Origin: Candidatus Poribacteria bacterium
GTDB lineage: Bacteria; Poribacteria; WGA-4E; PCPOR2b
Direction of reading: 5' to 3'
Length of the DNA stretch: 64,000 bases
Assembly: GCA_965208325.1 (NCBI GenBank)
Contig: OZ242326.1
Location: 160,001 to 224,000 of the forward strand
Shown here: positions 41,355-51,819 of the stretch, piece after piece
Position numbering within the stretch: the first letter of the stretch is position 1
Layout of the letters: the number at the start of each line of letters is the position of its first letter
Notes under the pieces: model-generated
Database searches by the model: none
What the model saw: the letters and a program-made list of their open reading frames with translations, nothing else
What the model was told of the DNA's origin: nothing
Made by a program: the position numbers and the translations under genes

Positions 41355-41513
41355 GATAATGAGAATTACGCAAATCATTAGGTCCGAATCAGTATGTTGG
41401 ATACAACTGTTTGTCTTGACGCATAATTTGAAGTCCCTTGCTGACTGCATTTCACACTCCGCTCAATTGGCAAGGATTAAGGCGTAGAAACGTCAAAACA
41501 GTGGAAATTTCTC

Positions 41514-41542
41514 TTGCGTTTTTAGCATAATGATGTTAAAAT
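41514..41542 (+). promoter_or_regulatory. tRNA promoter
   Basis: TTGCGT-N17-TAAAAT with extended TG. Confidence 0.65.
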
Positions 41543-41558
41543 CTATGCTTGTTCAAGT

Positions 41559-41634
<76 letters not shown>

Positions 41635-41699
41635 TTTTTTTGCCCGCCCCATGCGTTGCACATTTTCGCCAATGGCATTTTTTTGCGTTTTCCCGGCCG

Positions 41700-42176
41700 C
41701 TATTGTTTGGCGCCGTCTGTTTTCTTGTCTTTAGGCGAGGTTGTCCCTAAGCGTCGGGGTGTTAATCCGTTTTCTAACACCCCCAAGATTGTCAAGTGCA
41801 ATTGCGCACGATACGGCAATTCTTCGATGAGTTTATCTTCCGTTGATTTTATCTTCGACTCTTCGTCTAAACGACTCTGACGTAGTTTTTTCAACGTCTC
41901 CCCAATTTCATCTTCCGATACGACTAAATCCTTGGCAAGTCGATTTAGTAGGCGTAGATTTTCGACAGCCTTAATGCGTTTTTGGCGTTTGAGTTCCCAA
42001 AGCGCTTTTATCTTCTTCGTTTGGTCAGTTGACACCCCGAGCTCTGCCAACGTTACCCCTCTGCTTTCGTTCGTTTCCTCTGCCATTAGTGCCCACGCCC
42101 ACATGCCAACCAGTACGGTAAAGGCAGTGATTGATATGAGCAAACTCACGAAGAAGGGTGTATGGTCTCTTCGCAT
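41700..42176 (-). CDS. Exported helical hypothetical protein (possibly Spy/CpxP-like)
   Basis: Signal/TM segment; LGVSTDQ motif; GGAGG RBS. Confidence 0.6.
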   Translation of the reverse strand: MRRDHTPFFVSLLISITAFTVLVGMWAWALMAEETNESRGVTLAELGVSTDQTKKIKALWELKRQKRIKAVENLRLLNRLAKDLVVSEDEIGETLKKLRQSRLDEESKIKSTEDKLIEELPYRAQLHLTILGVLENGLTPRRLGTTSPKDKKTDGAKQ

Positions 42177-42446
42177 ATTTCACCTCCAGTCGGTCGTCAA
42201 AACCGAGAAATCCCTTTCACCCTGATGTGCGCCAACGTTGATTAAGCGTGTTTTCAACCTGCCCCCTTAAGCGCTGCAGCAATGCGCTGGCAACTCATGC
42301 GGTGTAAGTAGCATACCACAGTTGTCCTGAACAGTCAAGCGGCGAGAAATGTAGTGCCGGATAAACATTGCATCGCACAAGTCGATATGAGATAATGTTA
42401 ACCTGCGGAAGGTTCAATTGTATCCCGAGTCAATAAGGAGACAGAC

Positions 42447-42725
42447 GTGTTGGAGAAGATTCGCGAATTAATCATTTTACTTCAAACTGGAATTGAGGAC
42501 TACGAAGGACAGTTAAAGACACTACAGGAAGAACGGTTGAAATTTATTCGCCTATCCCAATCAAACGGATTTGGCACGGATGAAAACTCCTCAAACGAAT
42601 CTTGGCTGCTCCATCTAAAACAGCTTGAGGATTCACTGGAACTCCGCGTTAATGCACTCAAACAGGCAATCAAAGAAACCGCAGATGATATTACGTCAAC
42701 GGAAAAATCAAATACGGATTCCTGA
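42447..42725 (+). CDS. Coiled-coil hypothetical protein
   Basis: AAGGAG RBS; heptad pattern. Confidence 0.6.
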   Translation: MLEKIRELIILLQTGIEDYEGQLKTLQEERLKFIRLSQSNGFGTDENSSNESWLLHLKQLEDSLELRVNALKQAIKETADDITSTEKSNTDS

Positions 42726-42811
42726 CAGGTGTGCCGTGAGCAAAGGATTATCGCGGCTAATGATGCATGAAAGCATTCTAACACATTTCTACTGCGGCAC
42801 CGTAAAACCGA

Positions 42812-43501
42812 ATGGTGGATTTTAGCATGAACGCCGAACCACGTTATAACGACACATATTACAAATTCACCCAGGTCGAATCACGGATAATAAATCTGAG
42901 AGCGGGCACTGAAATTAATCTGAAAGATGTTGCCCCTCCGCTCGATTGGAATCAGGTCTTTGGTAATGGTAATCCCGTCGAAATTGAAATTGGGTGCGGC
43001 AAGGGGCGTTTTCTGGGAAAATCCGCAAAGCAGCATCCTGACATAAATTATGTTGGCGTAGAGAGAGCTCCAAAATATGTTCAGCGTACAAAGGAACACC
43101 TCCTGAAACAGAACGTTACGAGGACGCTTCTTGTGTGGAGCGACGCGTCCTATTTTGTGAATCGCTATGTTGCGCGGGAATCGGTCAAGACCTATCATGT
43201 CTACTTTCCCGATCCCTGGCCGAAAAAACGTCAGCACAAACGCCGGATCTTTAACAACGAACTTTTCATCAAAGGTTTAATTCGGACCCTCGATTCAACA
43301 GTAGGGTGCATACAACTCGCTACCGATATTCAGGAGTGTTATTCTGAAATTTGTTTAAGATTAAATCAGTTCCCGTCTCTAGTGTCTGTACCATTTGAAG
43401 CAGTAAGAGCCGATCGCATTCGAACATGTTTTGAGATAAAGTACCTTGCCGAAGGGCGGAATATCTATCGGGCAGCGTACCGCAGGCGGCACCTAAATTA
43501 A
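42812..43501 (+). CDS. trmB: tRNA (guanine-N7) methyltransferase
   Basis: EIGCGKG, FPDPWPKKRQHKRR and LATD motifs. Confidence 0.9.
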   Translation: MVDFSMNAEPRYNDTYYKFTQVESRIINLRAGTEINLKDVAPPLDWNQVFGNGNPVEIEIGCGKGRFLGKSAKQHPDINYVGVERAPKYVQRTKEHLLKQNVTRTLLVWSDASYFVNRYVARESVKTYHVYFPDPWPKKRQHKRRIFNNELFIKGLIRTLDSTVGCIQLATDIQECYSEICLRLNQFPSLVSVPFEAVRADRIRTCFEIKYLAEGRNIYRAAYRRRHLN

Positions 43502-43563
43502 AAGTTTGCAGGTTTTCCGCACGCGGAACAGCAACATTCGGAATACCGCACTGCAAGCGATTA

Positions 43564-44715
43564 TTGCCAAGAGTACCAAGAAAGTCGAACATGAGCAACT
43601 GGACGCTATGGCGAGGACAGTTTCCCGTAACGCAAAAGTATATCTACTTCAACCACGCCGGAGTGTCACCTTTATCCCTGCGCGTGCGAAAGGCGATGCA
43701 CGATTTCTTGGACGACGCTTCCGATAACGGCGCGGTCAATGTGGCTAACTGGACCGCGGCAGCAGAATCCTGCCGACGTTCAGCCGCTCAGCTAATCAAT
43801 GCCGATACAAGCGAAATTGCGTTCATGAAGAACACGACGCAAGGGCTCATCATCGCTGCAAACGGGATAGATTGGCGGCAAGGCGATAATGTCGTGACCA
43901 CGTCCGTAGAATTTCCCGCTAATGTTTATCCTTGGTGGAACTTGAAGGAGCGTTACGGCGTAGAGATGCGCATGGTGCAGGAAAAGCACGGGCAGATTTT
44001 TATTGAGGACATTGAGGCAGCAATTGACGCCCGCACCCGCGCCGTAACAATTAGTCATGTTGAGTTTGCATCGGGGTTTCGGAACGACATCGCAGCAATT
44101 GGTGAAATTTGCCGGAGGAAAGACATCTGGTTTGTCGTGGATGCGATTCAAAGCCTTGGCGTGATTGATTTAGACGTGAGGGTTTGCAATATCGACATTC
44201 TGTCCGCTGACGGGCACAAATGGTTGCTCGCTCCCGAAGGTGCGGCGATTTTCTATTGCGCCAAGGAGAAATTGGATAGATTAATTAATACCAATGTCGG
44301 ATGGGCAAGCGTGGTAAACCCTAGGGATTTCCTAAATTACGATTTCACGCAGAAACCGGATGCCACTCGGTTTGAAGAGGGATCTTACAATACCGTTGGA
44401 TTATATGGACTGTATGCAGCCATTGAACTTCTGTTGGAGGTTGGCATCGCAAGCATTGAAGCGCGTGTATTGAATCTGACGCAACGGCTAATCGACGGAC
44501 TCCAATCTAAGGCGTATAGAGTCATTACGCCAGGACTTGAATCCAAACGATCCGGAATCGTCGCGTTTGAAAGCGGCGCATATTCAACAACTGAACTTTG
44601 TAACCGCCTTCAGCGTGAAAACGTGATTGTTGCTGAACGCGGCGGCGTGCGAGTGTCCCCGCATTTCTATAACTCCGAAGCGGAAATTGACCGTGTGCTG
44701 GAGTTGTTACCGTGA
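43564..44715 (+). CDS. Class V PLP aminotransferase / cysteine desulfurase-like
   Basis: YFNHAG, DAIQSLG, DGHKW and RVSPHFYN motifs; probable ATG 43591. Confidence 0.88.
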   Translation: MPRVPRKSNMSNWTLWRGQFPVTQKYIYFNHAGVSPLSLRVRKAMHDFLDDASDNGAVNVANWTAAAESCRRSAAQLINADTSEIAFMKNTTQGLIIAANGIDWRQGDNVVTTSVEFPANVYPWWNLKERYGVEMRMVQEKHGQIFIEDIEAAIDARTRAVTISHVEFASGFRNDIAAIGEICRRKDIWFVVDAIQSLGVIDLDVRVCNIDILSADGHKWLLAPEGAAIFYCAKEKLDRLINTNVGWASVVNPRDFLNYDFTQKPDATRFEEGSYNTVGLYGLYAAIELLLEVGIASIEARVLNLTQRLIDGLQSKAYRVITPGLESKRSGIVAFESGAYSTTELCNRLQRENVIVAERGGVRVSPHFYNSEAEIDRVLELLP

Positions 44716-44765
44716 GAGATTTGCTCGAACCAGAATCCTGCGCGTTGTGAATAAGGGAAGGGGGC

Positions 44766-44800
44766 AGAAACCAAGTTTTTATCTTGGAAACTCGGTTTCT
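44766..44800. repeat. AGAAACCGAGTTTT-type hairpin repeat (three copies)
   Basis: Copies near 44766-44800, 47772-47805 and 58594-58627. Confidence 0.7.
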
Positions 44801-44875
44801 TTACAAGCGCCCTGGCTATCGCCGTCTCTCTAACTCCAAAATTAAAAACCACTTAAACGATAAAGGAATTTTTAA

Positions 44876-45313
44876 ATGATTAAAACAAAGATATTTGCCG
44901 TGTTACTAATCGCTTGGATTTCAGTTTCGTTTTTGGGATGCGGTGATAGTGATGACGGTCCAGTCAATCCGGTTGAGCCAGACGTTGAACTTGAGCTGAT
45001 GTACGACGATCCAGCACAGGCTGGCAGGCCCGTTCCTTCATTCTCGAACGATATTCTGCCTATCCTCACTCAACGGTGTGCATTGTCCGGTTGCCACGTT
45101 GCCGGCGGACCGCACGGCGTCGATCTCAGGACGTATGAGTCCGTCCAAAAGGGAGGAGAACACGGCGCAATCGTCGTTGCGGGCAATGCGGCCGAAAGCG
45201 AGATGGTCGAAGAAATAGTAGAGGGCAATATGCCGCTGGGCGGGCCGCGGCTGAAAACCGCTCAAATTCAACTCATTATTGACTGGGTCAACTCGGGCGC
45301 AAATAACGATTGA
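44876..45313 (+). CDS. Lipoprotein with Planctomycete-type cytochrome c domain
   Basis: FLGC lipobox; SFSNDILPIL..RCALSGCH; MP..G; IIDWV..GA. Confidence 0.8.
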   Translation: MIKTKIFAVLLIAWISVSFLGCGDSDDGPVNPVEPDVELELMYDDPAQAGRPVPSFSNDILPILTQRCALSGCHVAGGPHGVDLRTYESVQKGGEHGAIVVAGNAAESEMVEEIVEGNMPLGGPRLKTAQIQLIIDWVNSGANND

Positions 45314-45456
45314 ATCCGAAACGCTTCCGAGTACGTTGTTACGAGTGCGTACTCATTCCGCTCCTTAGCAAGCTAACTATTGCCCGCAAGTCTCTGGAGT
45401 TAGACGCCGTCTATGTTTGGGCTAAGAACGATTGTTCCTTTCGGTATGTTGTAAAC

Positions 45457-45592
45457 TGTGGGAGGGACATCCCTGTCCCGATAATCAGGGCTAGGAAGCC
45501 TTTCCCACATGTGTTTTAAAACATTGTTACGTCAAGAATGAGGGGCGGCAAAACTCATTCCCCTCCTTACCAAGGAGGGGCAAGGGGAGGTT
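45457..45592. repeat. REP-like cluster
   Basis: tgtgggagggacatccctgtccc / ggaagcctttcccaca and ccctccttaccaaggaggg. Confidence 0.55.
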
Positions 45593-45649
45593 AACCGAAA
45601 TACCACCCTTTGTCTATTCGCCAAATTATCAAAAAGAGAACTTTAACCC

Positions 45650-46450
45650 ATGAACGACGCCGAAAAATATCTCTTTGACCTAAACGGTTATCTCGTCGTC
45701 GAGGGCGTGCTCCCACCCGACGAAGTCGCCCGCGCCAACGAAGCCATCGACCGTCATTGGCATCGGAATAAAATTCGTTCCCGCGAGGAGACATTAGACG
45801 GCGGCTCAACGTCGCTCCGGGGTGAGCAGGGACGCGGCGAACTGGGCAATATGCTTGATTGGGAAGAGCCGTGGTGCAACCCTTTCCGAGAAATGTTGGC
45901 GCATCCACGGATTGTCCCTTATCTTCATCAACTCCTCGGCAAAGGTTTTCGGATGGATCATCCGATGATTCTTTTGTCGATGGAAAAAGGAGCGGAAGGC
46001 TTTCTGTTTCACGGGTCTTCAGGTCCCGGCTTCGATCCAAACCAATATTACATCGTCCGTGACGGCAAGATACATAACGGGCTGACAGTTGTGGCATTTC
46101 AACTCATGGATGTGAATCCGGGTGACGGGGGGTTGATTGTCATCCCCGGTAGCCACAAGAGCAATTTCCCATGCCCCGAAGAGATACGCCGCTACAAAAA
46201 CTATCAAGAACACGTTCGGCAGGTTGTCTGCAAAGCCGGAGATGTGGTTATCTTCACTGAAGCCGTCACGCACGGGACGCTGCCTTGGACTTCGGATCGT
46301 CCGCGCCGGTCGATATTGATGCGGTACACCACCGGAAACATGGCGTATGTTCCCGCCTACCCCATCCCTGAATGGGCAAATGAGCGGGAGCGAACCGTGA
46401 TGGAACCGCCGTACCATACGCGCCTAAACCGCCCAGTGTTGGACGAATAG
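45650..46450 (+). CDS. PhyH-family Fe(II)/2OG oxygenase (HxS variant)
   Basis: YLFDLNGY, FHGSS, IPGSHKS and GDVVIFTEAVTHG motifs. Confidence 0.88.
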   Translation: MNDAEKYLFDLNGYLVVEGVLPPDEVARANEAIDRHWHRNKIRSREETLDGGSTSLRGEQGRGELGNMLDWEEPWCNPFREMLAHPRIVPYLHQLLGKGFRMDHPMILLSMEKGAEGFLFHGSSGPGFDPNQYYIVRDGKIHNGLTVVAFQLMDVNPGDGGLIVIPGSHKSNFPCPEEIRRYKNYQEHVRQVVCKAGDVVIFTEAVTHGTLPWTSDRPRRSILMRYTTGNMAYVPAYPIPEWANERERTVMEPPYHTRLNRPVLDE

Positions 46451-46584
46451 AACTAACAGATCGACATTTCTCGAAATACTTCTGTCTAACAGTCGGGTGT
46501 ATTGGCATTTTGGGGTTGCCAATTCAAAAAAGCGGCCGTGTAAATTGCCAAAAACCCTAGTTGGGTGAGACGCGCGGCCTATAA

Positions 46585-46643
46585 GCGTAACCACGAGGAT
46601 TGCCCCTACAAGGATGATGTGGGGGCAGGTCTTGTGCCTGCCT
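46585..46643. repeat. GTAG-type REP pair
   Basis: ccacgaggattgcccctaca ... tgtgggggcaggtcttgtgcctgcc. Confidence 0.6.
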
Positions 46644-46667
46644 AAAAACTCTGGCCGGTGGTAAAAG

Positions 46668-47540
46668 CTAGTCATCGTCGATGTTCATTGAGAACCGCGC
46701 CCAAACCGGGCGGCGGTCGCTCACCGCTTGTGATGCGGCCAGGTCGTTATTCGCCCAATCCTTTTCATCGAACTTATCAATCCCGCATTCGCCTGTGTAC
46801 TCGGATGTATGCCCGCTCTGGAAAAAGATGTTGTCGAATAGGCTGGTATCTTCGATATGAGATGCTAACGGTAAGTCAAACAGATTCATCATCGAGGGAA
46901 TTGACTCGAGCCGCGCAAAGGCCCGGCTGTCGTCCGGATTGCGGTTGAAGTCTCCGAGAAGAATTACGTCATTTTCGTTTGCGTCCGCATGTTGAACCTG
47001 CCGGTAAACATCTGCAAGGCTTTGTATTTCTCGCTGCCTCTCCTCCACCTTCCCCCAAACCACCCGCACTACAATTACCGTGAAATCGAAACTACCAGCA
47101 CGGAACGTAGCGAAGTACGGATCGCGGATAAAGTCTTCCTCACCGTCCGCACCATCGTCATACAACTGCCCCGGTGCGGAAACTGTAGCGAATTGCGGGT
47201 CATAAAGGAACGCAAACCGCTCCGTCATGTGACGCCCTACCGCGGGGCTGATGAGATACTCGTATCTTCGTCCCATCTCCTCCAACTGTGTTACAGTACG
47301 CTTCAACACCTGTTCATCGCGTAACTCCACCAGCGCCGCAATGTCATAGCCGATAAGCACGTCCGCAATACGTTTCACCTCGGCGGCATCCCGGCTTTTA
47401 TCGCTAAAGACGCGGACGTTCCACGCAGCCACATCAACCGTGTGCTTCTCAACCTGCTTTTCGCAACCCAAACTCAACACTGCCATCGTCGCGCCAAGAA
47501 GAATGATGTGAATCCTGCCCCATTGGAAAAACTTTAACAT
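46668..47540 (-). CDS. DNase I-like (EEP) lipoprotein with catalytic His residues replaced
   Basis: LSLGC lipobox; AWN, ELRD, RDPY, GDFN, DNI and SDRRPV motifs. Confidence 0.85.
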   Translation of the reverse strand: MLKFFQWGRIHIILLGATMAVLSLGCEKQVEKHTVDVAAWNVRVFSDKSRDAAEVKRIADVLIGYDIAALVELRDEQVLKRTVTQLEEMGRRYEYLISPAVGRHMTERFAFLYDPQFATVSAPGQLYDDGADGEEDFIRDPYFATFRAGSFDFTVIVVRVVWGKVEERQREIQSLADVYRQVQHADANENDVILLGDFNRNPDDSRAFARLESIPSMMNLFDLPLASHIEDTSLFDNIFFQSGHTSEYTGECGIDKFDEKDWANNDLAASQAVSDRRPVWARFSMNIDDD

Positions 47541-47993
47541 TGCTATAATATTGCCTTAACTATGTGATATAATTGAGAGCGGTTTAGCTTTCGCTCAATA
47601 AGAGTGCGCACCGCCGATTGTATATCTTATACATGGTCAAATAACGAATGTCAAGGACTTATTTCGGGGATATTTTCAGACATCTGAGGTTGAAATCACA
47701 GGTGCGTTTTGCAACTATTGCGGACACGCGCAACGCTTCTCGCATACATGCCGGCGGCGAAGAAATTGACTAAAAACCAAGTTTTTTCTTCAAAACTCGG
47801 TTTCTTAACGCAACGGTTTTAACGGCGAAATTCCTTTGAGATTTGATGTGTCTTGTGCTACTATAAGACGCCATTCCTGCAAACTCACGCTCGGCAATGG
47901 GGAGGCGGTGTAGAGTGAATCCCTTATCAAAAAGGCGAAGGTGTGTGGTGAAGAAGATGAATCAACCTTTATTCTTAACTCAAATGACCACAA

Positions 47994-48068
47994 AAAGCCC
48001 CAGCGGGGCGATAGGTGTATAGAAAAAAGAGCAAAACCTCCCCTAAAGCCCCAGCGGGGCGACAGGTG
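47994..48068. repeat. Tandem AAAGCCCCAGCGGGGCGA(T/C)AGGTG palindromic repeats
   Basis: Two copies 51 nt apart; degenerate copies near 63334 and 63415. Confidence 0.7.
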
Positions 48069-48212
48069 GGTTTCATTGAGTTGGTGCTCAACAAACTTAA
48101 TTAATTGTCATTGGTTTCGAGATTCCTAGTTGAATAGAGTCCTGCAATTGAATACCTACCTTTAGAAATTCAACTGCGTAAGTCCTATTTAGCGATCAGA
48201 AGGAGTAACATC

Positions 48213-50924
48213 ATGTCCAAGTCTATGCACAATCTGTGGAATACGCTTTGTTCATTTGAATGCGGTGCGGTGCAACGCCAATACTACTCGATTTCAGTGT
48301 TAGAGGAACAGGGGATTGGTCCAATTTCTCGGTTGCCCGTGAGTCTGCGGATTGTGCTTGAATCGCTGTTGAGAAATTATGATAACCAGCAGATTACAGA
48401 ACAAGATGTCGAAAATCTGGCAAATTGGGACGCGAAAACGCCTAAACCTGTCGAAATCCCCTTTAAACCTGCGCGCGTCATAGCTCAAGATTTCACGGGC
48501 GTACCGCTTCTCGTTGATCTCGCCGCGATGCGATCGGCTGTCGATGAACTCAACAGCAATCCGCAAATTATCGAACCGGTCATTCCGGTCGATCTGGTGA
48601 TAGATCATTCTGTGCAAGTCGATGCTTACCGCTCTGAAAACGCCCTGCAAATCAATACCAGAATCGAATTTGAACGGAACAAAGAGCGGTACGAATTTCT
48701 TAAGTGGGGGCAGGGCGCATTTAACAGTTTCAAGATAGTTCCGCCGTCAATCGGCATCGTGCATCAGGTGAATCTGGAATATCTGGCGAGGCTCGTCGTA
48801 GATAGCCGCCTTAACGGAAGTGGCGTGGCTTACCCGGACACCTTGGTAGGAACTGATTCCCACACAACCATGATCAACGGTTTGGGAATCGTCGGTTGGG
48901 GGGTCGGCGGTATTGAAGCCGAAGCCGCCATGTTAGGTCAGCCGGTATACATCTTAACGCCGGAGGTGGTCGGGGTAAACTTGAGCGGCTCGCTGCATGA
49001 TGGCGTCACGGCGACGGACCTTGTCTTAACGGTCACACAGAGGTTGCGTGAGACCAAAGTTGTCGGAAAGTTCGTCGAATTCTTCGGTGAAGGCGTCGAA
49101 GCCCTCTCTCTGCCGGATCGTGCGACCATCTCAAACATGTGTCCCGAATACGGCGCGACAATCGGCTTTTTCCCCCCTGACGCCGAAACCATGCGTTACC
49201 TCAACCAAACCGGCAGAGAAGAATCACAGGTTGCGCTGGTGGAAGAGTATCTCAAACGGCAGCAGTTGTTCGGTATTCCCAAGACCGGAGATATAGATTA
49301 TTCTTCCGTGTTGACCATCGAACTCGATGCCATTGAACCGAGCATTTCGGGGCCCAAGCGGCCGCAGGATCGCATTGTTATCTCAAAAGTCAAAGACACC
49401 TTCTCCAATCTCTTGAAGCAGCCGATTACGGATGGCGGATACGGACTTTCTGAATCCGACTTTCATCTGCATGGAAGCGTACCTACTCAAGGCGAGCAAA
49501 TAACGCACGGTTCAGTCGTCATTGCCGCCATCACCAGTTGCACCAACACTAGTAATCCTTCCGTGATGATCGGCGCCGGACTACTGGCAAAGAAAGCCGT
49601 CGAGCACGGTCTCCGAGTTCCCGATTATGTCAAAACCAGCCTCGCGCCCGGTTCGCGGGTTGTCACGGAGTATCTAAACCAAACCGGATTGCTCGGTTAT
49701 CTTGAAAAATTGGGGTTCGGGCTCGTGGGATACGGTTGCACCACCTGCATCGGAAACAGCGGCCCTTTAGATGAGACTGTCCAACGCAGAATTGACGAGG
49801 AAAACTTAGTTACCGCCAGCGTTCTCAGCGGCAACCGCAATTTTGAAGCGCGCGTCCACCGAGATGTCAAAGCCAATTTCCTAATGTCCCCGCCGCTTGT
49901 TGTCGCTTACGCGCTGGCTGGCACCATTGATATTGACCTTAATGGCGAACCGTTGGGATATTCTGATGCGGGTGCGCCCGTATACCTCGCCGATGTCTGG
50001 CCCGCGAGTCGTGAGATTGCCGAATTGGTGAGCCAGTCGGTTGATCCAGCCTCGTTTAAACGTCTGTACGCAAAGATTGACGACCAGAGCCCGGAATGGG
50101 ACAAGTTAGAACCGCCCGAAGGCGGAATTTATCGTTGGAGCGAGGCAAGTACATACATTCAGAAGCCGCCGTTTTTTGAAACTTTTAAACTCCAACCCGA
50201 ATCCATTACCGATATTAGGGGCGCGCGCGTCCTCGCCCTGCTTGGCGATTCGGTGACGACCGACCACATCTCTCCGGCTGGCGCAATTGGTGCCGATAGC
50301 CCGGCTGGAAAATACCTGGTGAGTCGGAACATCCCGGTCAAAGACTTCAACACATACGGGTCGCGGCGCGGAAACGACCGCGTGATGACGCGCGGAACGT
50401 TTGCGAACAATCGCGTCAAGAACTTGATGCTGCCCGGCGTCGAAGGCGGTTATACGCTCAAATTTCCCTCTAAAGAAAAGACTTCAATCTATGACGCCGC
50501 GCAATATTATGCCGAGCAGGGCACGTCGCTCGTCGTGTTTGCGGGCGCAGAATACGGTTCCGGAAGTTCTCGGGATTGGGCGGCTAAAGGTGTTGCCCTG
50601 TTAGGTGTCCGGGCTGTCGTCGCCGAGAGTTTTGAGCGGATCCATCGGAGCAACCTGATTGGTATGGGGGTGCTGCCGTTACAGTTTCAGGGCGGCGAGA
50701 GCATTCAGTCTCTGAACCTAGACGGAAGTGAAATCATCAATATCACCGGTATTGAAACCAATCTTGAACCCGGACAGACAGTCAACATGGCATATATTGA
50801 CGAATCTGGCGCGCAGTGCCAGACACAATTGCTAGTTCGAATAGATACCCCGGTCGAAGTCGAATATTACCGGCACGGCGGAATCCTCAACTACGTCTTG
50901 AGAAATCTAATGGCATCAGAATAA
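48213..50924 (+). CDS. acnA: Aconitate hydratase A
   Basis: [35 protein letters not shown] and [12 protein letters not shown] motifs. Confidence 0.97.
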   Translation: MSKSMHNLWNTLCSFECGAVQRQYYSISVLEEQGIGPISRLPVSLRIVLESLLRNYDNQQITEQDVENLANWDAKTPKPVEIPFKPARVIAQDFTGVPLLVDLAAMRSAVDELNSNPQIIEPVIPVDLVIDHSVQVDAYRSENALQINTRIEFERNKERYEFLKWGQGAFNSFKIVPPSIGIVHQVNLEYLARLVVDSRLNGSGVAYPDTLVGTDSHTTMINGLGIVGWGVGGIEAEAAMLGQPVYILTPEVVGVNLSGSLHDGVTATDLVLTVTQRLRETKVVGKFVEFFGEGVEALSLPDRATISNMCPEYGATIGFFPPDAETMRYLNQTGREESQVALVEEYLKRQQLFGIPKTGDIDYSSVLTIELDAIEPSISGPKRPQDRIVISKVKDTFSNLLKQPITDGGYGLSESDFHLHGSVPTQGEQITHGSVVIAAITSCTNTSNPSVMIGAGLLAKKAVEHGLRVPDYVKTSLAPGSRVVTEYLNQTGLLGYLEKLGFGLVGYGCTTCIGNSGPLDETVQRRIDEENLVTASVLSGNRNFEARVHRDVKANFLMSPPLVVAYALAGTIDIDLNGEPLGYSDAGAPVYLADVWPASREIAELVSQSVDPASFKRLYAKIDDQSPEWDKLEPPEGGIYRWSEASTYIQKPPFFETFKLQPESITDIRGARVLALLGDSVTTDHISPAGAIGADSPAGKYLVSRNIPVKDFNTYGSRRGNDRVMTRGTFANNRVKNLMLPGVEGGYTLKFPSKEKTSIYDAAQYYAEQGTSLVVFAGAEYGSGSSRDWAAKGVALLGVRAVVAESFERIHRSNLIGMGVLPLQFQGGESIQSLNLDGSEIINITGIETNLEPGQTVNMAYIDESGAQCQTQLLVRIDTPVEVEYYRHGGILNYVLRNLMASE

Positions 50925-50971
50925 ACCGCGGAACGCCAAGCAACAACTAATGAGAATCGAGTTTCGAGGTG

Positions 50972-51404
50972 AGGACTTACGCAATTCGGTTTGAAATAGC
51001 GCAATTCATTTCGTGTCGGCAGGTCGTTCACTTACTAGGGCGTGTTGACATTTATGTAAAACGGCCTGTAATCGTAGGGGCGAGGTTGCCTCGCCCATTG
51101 ACCAACGCGGGCAGGGAACTTCCAACCATACAGATTGAGTCGAATTTGGTCAAACAACCTACAGCAGTCGGAAATCGTATCTGATTGTGAAAAAAGGGTT
51201 GGGGGACCCAACCCCTACGAAGCGTCATGTGTCTGTGCACCGTTCTTGATTGTCCGGTTGCGATGAAATGTCAACAAAACCTAATACACCGCCTGACACG
51301 CTGTTTTGTGTAGAGGCGGGCAAAATAGAGGATTCCTATCGCAGTCGCTATTCGCTCCCTTAATTCCTACTACGAACCATTGGCTGTTCACCCGCGTAAA
51401 TCCT
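50972..51404. mobile_element. Nested non-autonomous repeat element
   Basis: Three to four concentric inverted-repeat pairs. Confidence 0.55.
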
Positions 51405-51420
51405 AAAGGAGTAGACTAGA

Positions 51421-51795
51421 ATGCCGTTCTGCCCGGAATGCAACGCTGAATATCTTGAAAGTGTTTCGGTATGTGCGGACTGTCAGGTCGCGCTAGTCCC
51501 TGAGCGCCAATCCGAAGACACCGTTGAATACATCAATTGGGAGGTTGTCCACCAAGTCCCCAATGAAGTAGTTGGAAACATCATCAAGGGCGTGTTGGAG
51601 TCGGCTGGTTTCGATGTCCTGTTGCGGTCGTATGAAGTCGTCGCTCACGGCGGACTCAGCCCAAAACCTCAATGGGGCGATATTCTCGTTCGCGGTGACG
51701 ATGTGGAACGTGCGGAAGCCATTGTCGATTCGTACATTTCCTCCTTATCGGAAGATGACGCCGAGAGTCGCGAATCTGAACTCGAAAACGTGTGA
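51421..51795 (+). CDS. Zn-ribbon plus DUF2007-like protein
   Basis: CPEC..CADC; IIKGVLESAG motif. Confidence 0.75.
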   Translation: MPFCPECNAEYLESVSVCADCQVALVPERQSEDTVEYINWEVVHQVPNEVVGNIIKGVLESAGFDVLLRSYEVVAHGGLSPKPQWGDILVRGDDVERAEAIVDSYISSLSEDDAESRESELENV

Positions 51796-51819
51796 ACTTA
51801 ATGCGGAGGAATTGCTTTA

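Noticed and set aside
47994..48068. Possible mini-CRISPR
   Set aside because: Only two units, dispersed degenerate copies elsewhere, and no cas genes; REP-like
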